From assembly GCF_006345805.1 (NCBI RefSeq), contig NC_042999.1, forward strand, positions 8,990,001 to 9,054,000: a stretch of DNA of 64,000 bases, given 5' to 3'. Under the pieces are notes generated by a model, which saw only the letters and a list, made by a program, of their open reading frames with translations, did no database searches and was not told the DNA's origin. Made by a program: the position numbers and the translations under genes. Below are positions 23,243-35,830 of the stretch, piece by piece (the stretch's first letter is position 1; each line of letters starts with the position of its first letter). This stretch comes from Octopus sinensis. Lineage: Eukaryota.

Positions 23243-23429
23243 AATTCTAGTGCAAGTGAATAGCAGACCAAAGTGAGACTGATACGCGAGTCACCTTTTT
23301 CGACTCCTGAGGAACGAAGCACGAAGAACACCAGAAAATACGTTGAACACCCGAATACATCTTTTCGGGGATTCAACCAGTGATTTTACTATAGTACCTT
23401 CGTTAACTTATTAATATTACATGTCGTTG

Positions 23430-23796
23430 TGGCACTCCGTCGGTTGCGACGACGAGGGTTCCAGTTGATCCGATCAACGGAACAGCCTGCTCACGAAATT
23501 AACGTGCAAGTGGCTGAGCACTCCACAGACACGTGTACCCTTAACGTAGTTCTCGGGGAGATTCAGCGTGACACAGAATGTGACAAGGCTGGCCCTTTGA
23601 AATACAGGGACAACAGAAACAGGAAGAAAGAGTGAGAGAAAGTTGTGGTGAAAGAGTACAGCAGGGTTTCGCCACCAGCCCCTGCCGGAGCCTCGTGGAG
23701 CTTTAGGTGTTTCTGCTCAATAAACACTCATAACGCTCGGTCTGGGAATCGAAACCGCCAGTCCACTGCCCTAACCACTGGGTCATTGCGCCTCCA
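23430..23796 (-). mobile_element. SINE family C
   Basis: Full-length match. Confidence 0.85.
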
Positions 23797-23811
23797 ATGT
23801 TACATGCATAC

Positions 23812-23909
23812 TACAGGTATTAACTGATAGTATTACAGGTATTAACCGATAGTATTACATGTATTAACCAATAATATTACAGGTATTAGCCGATAATATC
23901 ACAGGTATA
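23812..23909. repeat. 22-bp minisatellite, about 4.5 copies
   Basis: Unit tacaggtattaaccgatagtat. Confidence 0.8.
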
Positions 23910-24861
23910 AGCTATGTGAAAAAATACTCACAGCAAGAAAAAAGTTTGGAAAGCGCGACGTTTATGTTGCTTCGTTGGAAATAAACATTGCAAATGGAAA
24001 TAAGCGGGGGTTCGAGTCGGTCACGAAACCGTAACGAATGTAAAACCACGGATCACCGTCATTTTGTTTACGTCTTGTTTACTGTCGCTCCTTCATCACG
24101 AAATAACTAACCACAGGCCATATTTGCTAATTACTCTCATTGTCTCTATTCACATGTTTATATTGTGACTATATAAGACATGTACGCGCATGGCGCTCTG
24201 TCGGCTGCAGTAATTCTTCCATCCACACAATTCGTCTTTTTATCTTTCTCTCTCTCCACATTTACTTCCATTTCTTGTTATTGATGTCTCTAACACTGAC
24301 TTTTCCTCTTTTTACATCGTCTTGCATTGGTGATGAACGCACAACAACGTGACACACGTCCTTCCTCTTCTTCTTCTTCTTCTCCTCCTCCTCCTTCTTC
24401 AATACTATTATTAATTTATTTTTGTTGTTAATTTTTAAAATGTAATTTACACGTAGATACGTTTCACACGTTGTTTGCGTGTTTGAAAAGAAATAAAACC
24501 TAAAAATAAAATTAAACTAGAAAAGGGTGGTGGTTCTACTTCAACACTGGAACCTCGAAAATGGATATTTACAAGGTGAAAGATAGAAGAAATGAGAAAT
24601 TATGTGATAGGGGTGGAATGAATGGGACCAAGCGAAGACACGGGACTTGGTTTCCGCTGCTCGTTACAATAAATAAAACGCATTAGTCTGGAAAAAGAAG
24701 CTTCAATTCTTTTCTGTCTCTTGTTGTTGCTTCTGTTTGTAAAATTTTAATAAATATGCATTCCACTAAAAAAAGGACTGAGCAATCGTTCGGTTTACTG
24801 TCGAATTGTTTTTAAGCATAAATTGAAATAAAAGCAAATATATATATATATATACATACAT

Positions 24862-25258
24862 AGGCGCGGGAGTGGCTGTGTGGTAAGTGCGCTTGTTTAC
24901 CAACCACATGGTTCAGGGTTCAGTCCCACTGCGTGGCACCTTGGGCAAGTGTCTTCTACTATAGCCTCGGGCCGACCAAAGCCTTGTGAGTGGATTTCGT
25001 AGACGGAAACTGAAAGAAGCCCGTCGTATATATATATATGCGTGTATGTGTTTGTGTGTCTGTGTTTGTCCCCCCCCCCTAGCATTGCTTGACAACCGAT
25101 GCTGGTGTGTTTATGTCCCCGTAACTTAGCGGTTCGGCAAAAGAGACCGATAGAATAAGCACTGGGCTTACAAAGAATAAGTCCCGGGGTCGATTTGCTC
25201 GACTAAAGGCGGTGCTCCAGCATGGCCGCAGTCAAATGACTGAAACAAGTAAAACAGT
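24862..25258 (+). mobile_element. SINE family B
   Basis: Full-length match. Confidence 0.85.
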
Positions 25259-25272
25259 ATACATACATATAT

Positions 25273-25320
<48 letters not shown>

Positions 25321-25710
25321 GTATGTATGTGTGTGTGTCGGTATGCATGAATATCTTTCTATAAATATATGTGGATGCGCGCGCACGCGTGTGTGTAAGA
25401 ATAGCATCTAAGGTAAGGCTGCTGTTAAATTTTCAGACTGTTTAGAGAAATGAAATTGCACCCAAACCAGAATCAAAAGCACACCAGCTCAGCACCAGCT
25501 CGTCTCATTGAGTCGCTCCTTGTGCCACATAACGGCAGAAATAAATGTTTGGTTGTTTTCTCCCCATTGCCATCAGACCATCCCCTTACAGACGTGGAAT
25601 TTAGCATAACTATTGACCCAAATATCTTGGATAGTAAGTAGAGAAAGCAAATGAAGACGTCGAATTGATGTCGATAAGATTTTGGAGTTTTATCAATATT
25701 ACGTACGCAG

Positions 25711-25922
25711 TTTACTCTTTTACTCTTTTAATTGTTTCAGTCATTTGACTGTGGCCATGCTGGAGCACCGCCTTTTAGTCGAGCAAATCAACCGCAGGAC
25801 TTATTCTTTGGATGCCTAGTACTTATTCTATCGGTCTCTTTTGCCTAACCGCTAAGTTACGGGGTCGTAAACACACCACCTTCGGTTGTCAAGGGATGTT
25901 GGAGCGACAAACACAGACACAT

Positions 25923-25978
<56 letters not shown>

Positions 25979-26007
25979 ATATATAATAATACATATATAT
26001 ATTATAC

Positions 26008-26038
<31 letters not shown>

Positions 26039-26240
26039 GAATATATATTATATATAATATAATATATACATATATTACGAAGGGCTTCTTTCAGTGTCCA
26101 TCTACCAAATCCACTCACAAGGCTTTGTCGGCCCGGGGCTATAGTAGAAGACACTCGCCCAAGGTGCCACGCAGTGGGACTGAACCCGGAACCATGTGGT
26201 TCGTAAGCAAGCTATTCTACTTGACACACAGCCACTCCTA
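25711..26240 (-). mobile_element. SINE family B
   Basis: Full length with an expanded internal TA tract. Confidence 0.85.
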
Positions 26241-26445
26241 CTATATAAATCATAACGCCTCAATGAAACAAGACTGTGTATGAGGAGGGACATGCGTGAA
26301 TACAGCTAATCATGGAGTTCGGTAGAGTTTCAGTCCGTCACTCTTTTTAGTAAAAGTACAATTCATAGATATCAGGCGAGAAGGAACCCAACCGATTCCG
26401 CTTTTAGTACTTACCTAAAACGTCTTTTGAAAACGTTGCAACGAT

Positions 26446-26866
26446 AGGCGCAGGAGTGGCTGTGTGGTAAGTAGCTTGCTTACCAACCACATGGTTGCGA
26501 ATTCAGTCCCACTGCGTGGCATCTTGGGCAAGTGTCTTCTGCTATAGCCCCGGGCCGACCAATGCCTTGTGAATGGATTTGGTAGACGGAAACTGAAAGA
26601 AGCCTGTCGTATATATGTATATATATCTATATATATGTGTGTGTCTATGTTTGTGTGTCTGTGTTTGTCCCCCCAACATCACTTGACAACCGATGCTGGT
26701 GTGTTTATGTAACCGTCAATTAGCGGTTCGGCAAAAGAGACTGATAGAATAAGTACTGGGCATACAAAGAATAAGTCCCGGGGTCGAGTTGCTCGATTAA
26801 AGGCGGTGCTCCAGCATGGCCACAGTCAAATGACTGAAACAAGTAAAAGGTTAAAAGAGTAAAGAG
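26446..26866 (+). mobile_element. SINE family B
   Basis: Full-length match. Confidence 0.85.
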
Positions 26867-28897
26867 TATGAAGGGCAAAGATAACACAAGCTAGGTAAAA
26901 AGAAAAGAAAAAAATAAGCTAAAGGGGGATAGCTAAATAGAATAAGAGACAGGGATTTGCAGTACGTCGGCAATGCCATTTGGAGATGAATTAAGTATTA
27001 ATGAAACCATGTTGACAGTGTTAGCATACTATATTATTTGATAATCTTGGTATTTCGAGCGAACTTGTTCCTATTCATAGGCAACCGCGGCAGAAGATAC
27101 GAATTATGAAACCAGAGAAACTATAGAATCTCTCCCGTTTCATTCTATGCTACAAAGTTTTGGGATTCGATATTATTACGCAAAATTTGGGCAAGAGTTT
27201 TTCAATATAAATTGCAGTTGATCAATGATTGTGAATGATTTGGTTCACCGATACTGTGCAGAAGATTATCGCATACAGACACAAACGATACCATATTCTT
27301 GATTGAGCGAGAATTCATTTCCCTGTTGATATCGGCGCTGGTAAGAGGCAACCGAATTGTCAGGTTAAGGTTTCGAATTTGGAAGAACGAACTTAGGATG
27401 CTGCCTTGGTAGAGCAATCGCAACCGCTTTACGGTATAGAGGAAGTTTGATTTCCGTTAGCAACATTTTCACCCTTACACATACGACAGTGTGTGTGTGT
27501 TGTCGTTGTTGTTGTTGTTGTTAAGCAACAAGACGGGTAAGGGTGATTAGGTGATGGTCTAGGGCTTAGGGGCGGGAGACCCCAGACCTTGGAAAAAGAA
27601 AACTTTGGTCGTCTTGTTGTAGTCGAGGGCTCTTCGTTGTCACCCGACACCACTGGGAGGTGGCTTTTGAAATCGCTGGAAATGGAAATCTCCAGGTCCA
27701 AATTCTTGAACGACTGTGTGTGTGTATGTATGTATGTGTGCTTGTGCTTGTGTGTGAATTAGTGCGTTGAACAAGTGTAGGTGTGTGAGTGTATGTGCGT
27801 CTATACACTTTGATGAACGCCTGCGAGGGTGTCTATCCCCATATACACATTTCCAAAATCCCGTATTGTTCTGCTGACGTTGATAACTCCTTACGTTCCA
27901 TATCTTAGCTGAGAAATGAAGGTCGATAAAATAAGTACCACACCAAAATGAGAACTGGCATTAGTATAATCGATGAAATTCTTTAAGATCAATGAAGAAC
28001 TCTGCTTAAAAATATCTTCATATGTGTCTGTGTGTGTCTGTACTTATGTATATTTACGCGTGGTTTATGTCCTCATGCATATCCTGCACTCTAACAGCTG
28101 CTGAATACGCAAGCTTCACAATTCTGCATGTATCGAATATATAATCAATAGACCTTAAGACTGATCACAAGGTAGACTTACACTAGTGAGAGGTTAATAT
28201 CAATAAAACAATCAATATATATTTATATACATACATGCATGTGTGTGGGTGATTGGGTGCGAATATGTATATATATATATATTTTTTTTATCTTTTAGTT
28301 TCAGCTCAGAGCTGCGGCCATGCTAATATATATATATATATATGTACACACACATATTATACAAACATACATGCTCCACACAAGCATGCACAGATACGCA
28401 AGCACAAGCATATATATATGTATGTTATATATATTATATATAATATATATATTATATATATATGTATCATATATATATATATATAAATTCGGGGTTAGTA
28501 CTTGATAATTATAAGCACCTGTGTATACCGTTTGGTGGTGTAGGGTGGAGTAAATTGATCAAAATAAAAACATGATGCGAAGGATTCAGCGGTACATATG
28601 TTTCGGGCCTTTATTAACAATTTATAACAATGCATAATGTATGTCTGTGCCTTCTTCAGCCGCGCACAACAGCTTCCTACAAGACATGTGTTACAACATC
28701 AAAAATTCTTGGTTGGGGATGCAAATCCTCCCATTCGCGTACGGACATAATGCGGCATCAGCATAGAATTGAAGCGTCCATCTCTTTCTTCTCTCAATTT
28801 CTATGCTGCTGCCGCATTATGTCGTACGCGAATGGGAGGATTTGCATCCCCAACCAAGAATTTTATGTAACACATGTCCTTGTGGAAGCTGTTGTGC

Positions 28898-28975
28898 GCG
28901 GCTGAAGAAGGCCACAGACATACATTATGCATTGTTATAAATCTGTCTAATAAAGGCCCGAAACATATGTACCGC
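28898..28975 (+). ncRNA. Hammerhead motif in the right arm of a long inverted repeat
   Basis: gcgg-CUGAAGA-A-GGCC[long insert]GGCC-C-GAAAC-auau-GUA-ccgc. A mirror copy lies on the minus strand at 28589-28663. Confidence 0.75.
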
Positions 28976-29007
28976 TGAATCCTTCGCATCATGTTTTTAT
29001 TTTGATC

Positions 29008-29042
<35 letters not shown>

Positions 29043-30089
29043 TACTTGTGTGTAATTTCTCATTTAATTTATTCCTTTTAACATAACTGAAATGACTTTG
29101 TAAGAATGCAGATTCAAAACCTAGTCGCGGTGATGGTTCTATTAGACCTTGAAATTGCTCGCCGGGCCGTTGTCCAATTCATTGGACTGGATGCATTTCT
29201 GTAAACAGAATATTGTTACAACAGAATCCGGTTGTTAGATGAGTAATTAACACATGTCTCAATAACTCCGACTTTTCCCACATCTTAAAGAGATCGTTAT
29301 CCGCTTCACTGAATTGCTTCCAAGTCGCTACATAAAGATGAAAGGTTTTGTTGGGGATCAAAGGACCTTTAAGTGTTTAGAGTGCCCTGTAATGATTATT
29401 ACATAAAGACTTTGCCTTCATGCATGCAACCAAGTGTAAGTTGCCTTGCGGGATCCATCTCTGTTCGATATAAACCACATGAAATTTCAAATGAATAGAC
29501 TCTAAGAACAATTTTATATTACCATCTGAAGTGTTTTCTAGTGTAATACCTAATTATGAACCTGTATCAGCTAATGTACAAATATGTAAACATGTGTGTG
29601 TTTGAGGCTGGGTGTATATGGATATACAGAAATACATACATATGTATGCGTGTGTGTATATATATGTATATAAATATATGTATATATATATAAAATAAAT
29701 ATGAGAGTGGTCACTATATTGCTCACTCTAGCACCAGTTAATCCAAAAGGTTTCAACCTTTTTGGATTAACTGGTGCTAGAGTGAGCCATATAGTGACCA
29801 CTCTCTATATTATTTTGTAAAATATATTATAATATGTTATAAATATTATAATAATCCAGGTTTCTCGGAGCACTAGGCCACTTGGTGTTGAATAGATATA
29901 CTATTAAATTAGTATCTAATTCTCTCACCCTTATTAATTAATTATGTATATATATATATATATAGATATATTGTGGTGTGTGTGTGTGTGTGTGTGTGTC
30001 TGTGTATGTGGTGTGTGTGTGTGACCGCGTGCGTATCGTTGGCGATGTTTTTCCTCCGTCTCCCTTCCTTGGATCTTTCCTTTTTCTAT

Positions 30090-30124
30090 GTTTCTGACGA
30101 AGAGCTCCGCTCGAAACGTTAAAT
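30090..30124 (+). ncRNA. Minimal hammerhead motif (similar to the 7312 motif)
   Basis: guuu-CUGACGA-A-GAGC[ucc]GCUC-GAAAC-GUU-aaau. Confidence 0.7.
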
Positions 30125-30227
30125 CCTCCTTCTTTCCTTCCTTCCTGAGCGTCCAATAACCTTCTACTTGTTCCACGTCCTCGCGTTATTGTGTTTTCTC
30201 TTAGTGTATTCATATTTGGATCTTCAT

Positions 30228-30287
<60 letters not shown>

Positions 30288-30544
30288 CTATATGCATGCA
30301 TACATACATATATACATAAACACATAGTTACAACTTCTCCACGCGCATATACTATATAGGGAGATAGATAGCGATATAGACATGTATATATGTATATATA
30401 CATGCATAAATACGTGTGTACGTACGTACATACATGCATACATACATGCATACAAACATGCATATATATACATACACACAGACGCGCATATATACATACA
30501 TACAAATATGCATTTGATCTTCATAAGCATAGTGCAATGATGTG

Positions 30545-30641
30545 TTCCTCTGATGATCCGTTGTAGGTCAGCATCTGATTGCATTATGAACATCCACTGC
30601 AAATCATAGAAATGTTACAGCGGTGAAACGTACGTAGGGAC
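30545..30641 (+). ncRNA. Hammerhead motif with an extended stem II
   Basis: uccu-CUGAUGA-U-CCGUUGUAG[insert]UUACAGCGG-U-GAAAC-guac-GUA-ggga. Stem III is the palindromic ACGUACGU. Confidence 0.75.
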
Positions 30642-31876
30642 CAAATGTTATAAACTTCATCTCGGTGTTTATGATATCTTCCCGACAATTGCTTTGTTTG
30701 TCATAACGAACAATACTACTAAGTGCAGTAGTATTGATATAACTCTACCGGAAGCCGTTTGGACGATAAAACTCCATGGCAAACTCTATATTCACCAGTA
30801 GCAGTTATATAGCTAACTGTATACACACAGGAAATATTATGTATGTATGTATGTATGTATGTATGTATGTATGTATGTGTGTGTGTATGTATGTATGTAT
30901 GTATGTATGTATGTATGTATGTATGTATGTGTGTGTGTATGTATGTATGTATGTATGTATGTATGAATGTATGTATGTATGTATTTATATATGTTTGTAT
31001 GCATGCCCGAGTACATCACCGTTCGTGAGGGCAGGAAAAGAAATCTCTTCTCTCCCGTAACAATTCTGTTATTGTTTGTGTTTTAATATTTTCAGTTGCA
31101 CAAAACGGACAATTGCTCACGTGGGTTGTTTGGCTTTGCACCAATAAACCACATCGTTGTGGGCGTTACTCTTCCTCTTCTCCGCCTGTTTTGTGAGGAC
31201 TCAAAGATATTTGTGTGTTTCATACCAATCTTCAGTGTATGTCTTATAAATAAACTGATGAAACCCTCCTGTGTATAACGAAAATTACCTTTGTCGGCTT
31301 TCGAAACGGTAAAACTAATTATCTTTAAACAATAATGATCTCATGCGTTCGTTAATGTAGTTATTTCGGCATCGCTTAGGGTGGTGGGTATTTTTACAAA
31401 ATCACAAAGTTTCCAAGAGAAAACTTTGAGAAATGAAGGTTCTAGTATTCAGCTAGTCTTTCTTCTTGGCAAGTTCTATAAAATAATCGATTTCTCTCTC
31501 ACTTTTTCTCTTACCCTCTCTCACTCTCTCTCTCTCCCCATCCGCCTTTCTCCTTCCCTCTCTTCATCTCTCTACCCCCATCCTTTCTCTGTCTCCCCCT
31601 ATTCCCCCCGTCTCTCCATCCCCTTTCTCTCTCAGGATCGGCTTCACTCTCAAACCGTTTTCTCAGAATTTCAATCAGTTCGTCTCGTTTCCATCGCAAC
31701 GACGGAATATAACCAACGAACTTCCGACTGTGTCTCACGTTCGGCGTTACTCGCAGCTAAACGTCGAAGGTTTTCATATAAAGGCTACTTTTGAGATGCC
31801 GAATTTAAAAGATTCCACCCTATGCCAGTTGGAAACTTTTCAATTATTTCGGTAACACCCTTGGAAATCTAATAAA

Positions 31877-32271
31877 CTAGCAGTATCGCCCGGCGTTGCT
31901 CGGATTTGTAAGGGAAATAACTATATAAGCATTTTTAGAGAGTTATAGCCAAAAGATAGCAAAAAATGCATTAAAATGGAAAAAAATGATGGTAAATTCT
32001 TTTAAAAATCGTTGACTCATCGTAGACATTTTTAGAGAGTTACTTCCCTTATATAATAGCGAGAAAATGCATTAAAATGGAAAAAAATGATGGTAATTTT
32101 TTTTTTAAATCGTAGACTCATCGTAGACGAGCGCTAATACCCAGAAGGGCTCGATATGAATCACGACTATAAGATACCCGCTTTTGGTTAAACTGCACCG
32201 CAAAATGTTGGAGTAGTTAGGAATCTAAATCGTAGGAGACAGACACACAACTTGACTTTTATATATAAAGA
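31877..32271 (-). mobile_element. Non-autonomous Helitron
   Basis: On the minus strand it starts A|TC(tttatatataaaag) and ends CTAG|T, with a GC-rich subterminal hairpin (ccgagcaacgccgg) just before the CTAG. There is no TSD. An internal ~105-bp segment is tandemly duplicated. Confidence 0.75.
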
Positions 32272-33109
32272 TAACCACAATACGGACTAAGTTCTAGTTA
32301 GACAAGGTCTTAATGCTATGCATGACAGTTATTCTGACAGCTCTCGTAGGCCGACAAAACTGTCTCCCAAGCAAAATGACTCTTGTCGACGAATCTCTGC
32401 CTCTGTGTTCACTTCCATTCAACAAATTCTCTTTTAACATCAATATATTAATTATCATCGTTATTGCAATTATTGTTTATACTAATATTCATTGCCTTGT
32501 TTACTATCAATAGGTGTTGTCAAGGAAATTTATTGTCGTCAATAGATGTCACCATTAACATTATTATTGCTATTGTTGCTGTTGCCATTGCTGTTGTTGT
32601 TGCCGTTGTTGTTGTTGTTGTTGTTGTTGCTGTTGGATGATTTCATTAATGAAGAGAGGAGTTTACAGCTAGTGGCACCGACAGCAGCAGCGAAGTTGGC
32701 TGTTTTGTGAGAAACGGGTGGATCTAATTGTTTTCTCAAATGCATTGTGCTTAGACGTGTGTCTTGACTGTTTCTGATCCATTGTTAAAAATACATATAT
32801 ATATATACATTCATACACACACACACCACACGCACATACACACACACACACGCACATACGCATACACACACACAGACACACGCACGCATACGTACACATA
32901 CACACACAGAGGGAGAGATACAGAGAGGAAGGCGAAAAAAAAGGTTGTATGTATACATCTAACTTTATTGTGTATGCAAATACATCCATACACACATACA
33001 CACCACACGTATATATATATATCTATATATATCTATATATATATTATATATATATATTATATATATATATATATATTATATAATATATATATATATGTAT
33101 GTATGTAGG

Positions 33110-33142
<33 letters not shown>

Positions 33143-33264
33143 GTATATATATATGTATATATATATGTATATATGTATATATATGTATAGATATATAGTA
33201 TATATATATATATGTATGTATATATATATATGTATATATATATATGTATGTATATACATATATG

Positions 33265-33348
<84 letters not shown>

Positions 33349-33940
33349 CTCTGTGTGTGTGTGTGTTGTGTCTGACATAAGTACATTGTGAGATCGATTT
33401 GTGCGTGTTTATAGATTTCCGTGCGAACATATTAAAGTGATCGATACGTACTTGCAGTGAGATATATGGTATCCGGGATACGTGTGTGAGACTAGATTTT
33501 CGTAAATATAGCGTTCGGGTCTATCTGCACTCTGCCATCGCGGACCAGTTCCCCGAGCGAATAACGGTCATTCTCAGAAGAGCTGAAATGAAAGTTTGTT
33601 CTGTTCTCTCATCCATCCGAAGAGAAACGTGATGACACCGTATGGATATAACAGAACGGGTACTAAAATATCGATTTTTCCCGCATTCAAACAAGTCCGA
33701 CCATTGGCAAGGAGAGAATGTATTCACTGAAATATCGATTTTATTGTTTTATTGACTCGGGTGTGATGGAAAGAGAAGTAGAGTTAGATCTGAAGTGAAC
33801 TCATCATGTAAGCGGGTGAAACGAGTGGGGTAGCTAATAGAGGAGCAGGTGTGGGGTGGCGGCTGCTCTCCACGAACTCATCTTTCGAAATTGCCGCTTT
33901 TTTCAGCAATTGAGAAACGAGTTAAAAATTGCTCGGTATG

Positions 33941-34387
33941 TGTCACGGTGCCTTTTTGTTATAGGTTCGCTCCCATTAACTTTAGAACCTGGTTACGCCT
34001 CTGGTTGTAACCACTCCTCTCTCTCTCCACGTGACCGGTGTTCGGCCAAGCCTGACCTTTCTTTCTTGGTTCTTTTTTGGTACTCAATGTAATTTATTTG
34101 TCCATATATATATAACTACCTGATAATTTCTTGTTAAGATTTCTTATTAAGATTTTATCCTTAATTGTTAAATTATATATATATATATATGTTTATGTAC
34201 ATTCCTGTATGTACATTGATTTGTTCTGCTTTTTTGTATTTAACCCTACAGTCTCTTATGTGGTGGTTTAATAAAGTATGTGATTGAGTTTATCTGGTAA
34301 TTGATATTGATTAGATGTATTTCTCCATTTTCTTATCTTGTATTAGTAATTTGTGGTAAATCATTTTACCTTTGCCCATATAATACA
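33941..34387 (+). mobile_element. Possible solo LTR
   Basis: Begins TGTCACGG, contains AATAAA near 34270 and ends ...AATACA. The flanks gtatg/gtaaa match only partly, so there is no clean TSD. Confidence 0.25.
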
Positions 34388-35663
34388 GTAAATGAATTGA
34401 TTGCATCGCAATCATTAACATTTATGTATTAACTTTGTTGGGTACTTCACTAGCAGTATATTGGATATATGTTATCCCATGGAGGGTTGCATTTACAACC
34501 CCTATCTCAATTTGTATATTATATATATATATATATATCTATATATATATATTATATTAGATATATATATGTAGTATCTATGTATCTATGTATGTATTCA
34601 CGATGCATATATGTATATATATATATATGTATCTATGTATCTATGTATGTATTCATGATGCAATATGTATATATATATATATATAATATATTATATATAT
34701 ATATATATATATGTGTGTACACCGGAGTAAACACATAAATGTGAAACAAGGTGGAAAAAGAGTACTCAAATACCAGGGGTAGAGTAATATGCTTTATTTA
34801 AAAGCAGCAGAAATTCAACAAAACCTGTTACTCGGAGTTTCACGTTCAAGTATATGTATATGTATACATTTATGTATATCATGCCTAATCGTGTTTGCCT
34901 GCGTCACTGTCTCTCTATACGTAGATTTGTATGTATATACACACATATATAATTTATGTATGAATGTGCTTATACTTGAGTGTGTCTACTTTGTGTGTAC
35001 CACATGTTGTTATTTATGACTTTCTCATGTGATATCTTCAGCAATCTTCTCTTCAGTTTGGCCTATGAATTAACTATACACATTCTCGTTAGCATAACAT
35101 GCCTTAACTAGTTATAATAAAAGCATGCATACCTATGATTAGCAATAAAATCTCAGGGCAGTTTCAGTCAGAAAATCTGGCTCCAGATTCTATATCTTTA
35201 GTTTAAAGCTTATGAGATCTATAACTGAAGTTTTGAACGACAAAAGTGATTTCTCAACTGGAATTTAAACTGAAATTTCTAAGGTTATGCTCTCGACCAA
35301 AAAGGGATTCGACTGAACATTCAAAGGTTCTTGAATCGATCTGTGTAGGAGCTATAGCTCTTCAGCATGTTTTCTCCAATTAAGGCGCTGCGTACATGTG
35401 GTGCAGGGTTCTTTCCTGAGAATTCACTTAAGCAGGTCAACTACTTTACAATTTGCTCATCGGTGTATTTCTACTTCTTCATGAGGTCCAGATGATGCCA
35501 TTTTGACATCATGAATACCTGGCTTGCAAATGTGGAAATAAGGATTTTTAACAGCAGGAAATATTCACGCCGTCTCCCCTCCCCCGGATCAATCTCGATG
35601 ACCGCCTCAGGCTGTTGCCCGAAAGTGTGGGTTCCGTCATTTATACTATTAATCAATTATAAG

Positions 35664-35830
35664 GCGGCAAGCTCGCAGAGTCATTAGAGTGTCGGAAAAA
35701 TACCTCGCGGTATTTCATCCAATCCATTACGTTCTGAGTTCAAATTCCACCAGGCTTAAGTTTGCTTTTCAATCCTTCGGTGTCGATAAGATTAAGTACC
35801 AATAAAGTAGAAACGTGGATTATATCGATT
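35664..35830 (+). mobile_element. Diverged SINE family A
   Basis: ggcggcaagctcgcagag...gttctgagttcaaattccacc. Confidence 0.6.

Noticed and set aside
25431-25641. Candidate globin exon 2 (tttcag|a ctg ttt = R-L-F)
   Set aside because: The phase and LF start fit, but the continuation (REMKLHPNQNQKH...) lacks the C2 Pro/CD1 Phe spacing and E-helix pattern.
31255-31315. CUGAUGA...GAAAC pair as a hammerhead
   Set aside because: No stem I pairing and no convincing stem II.
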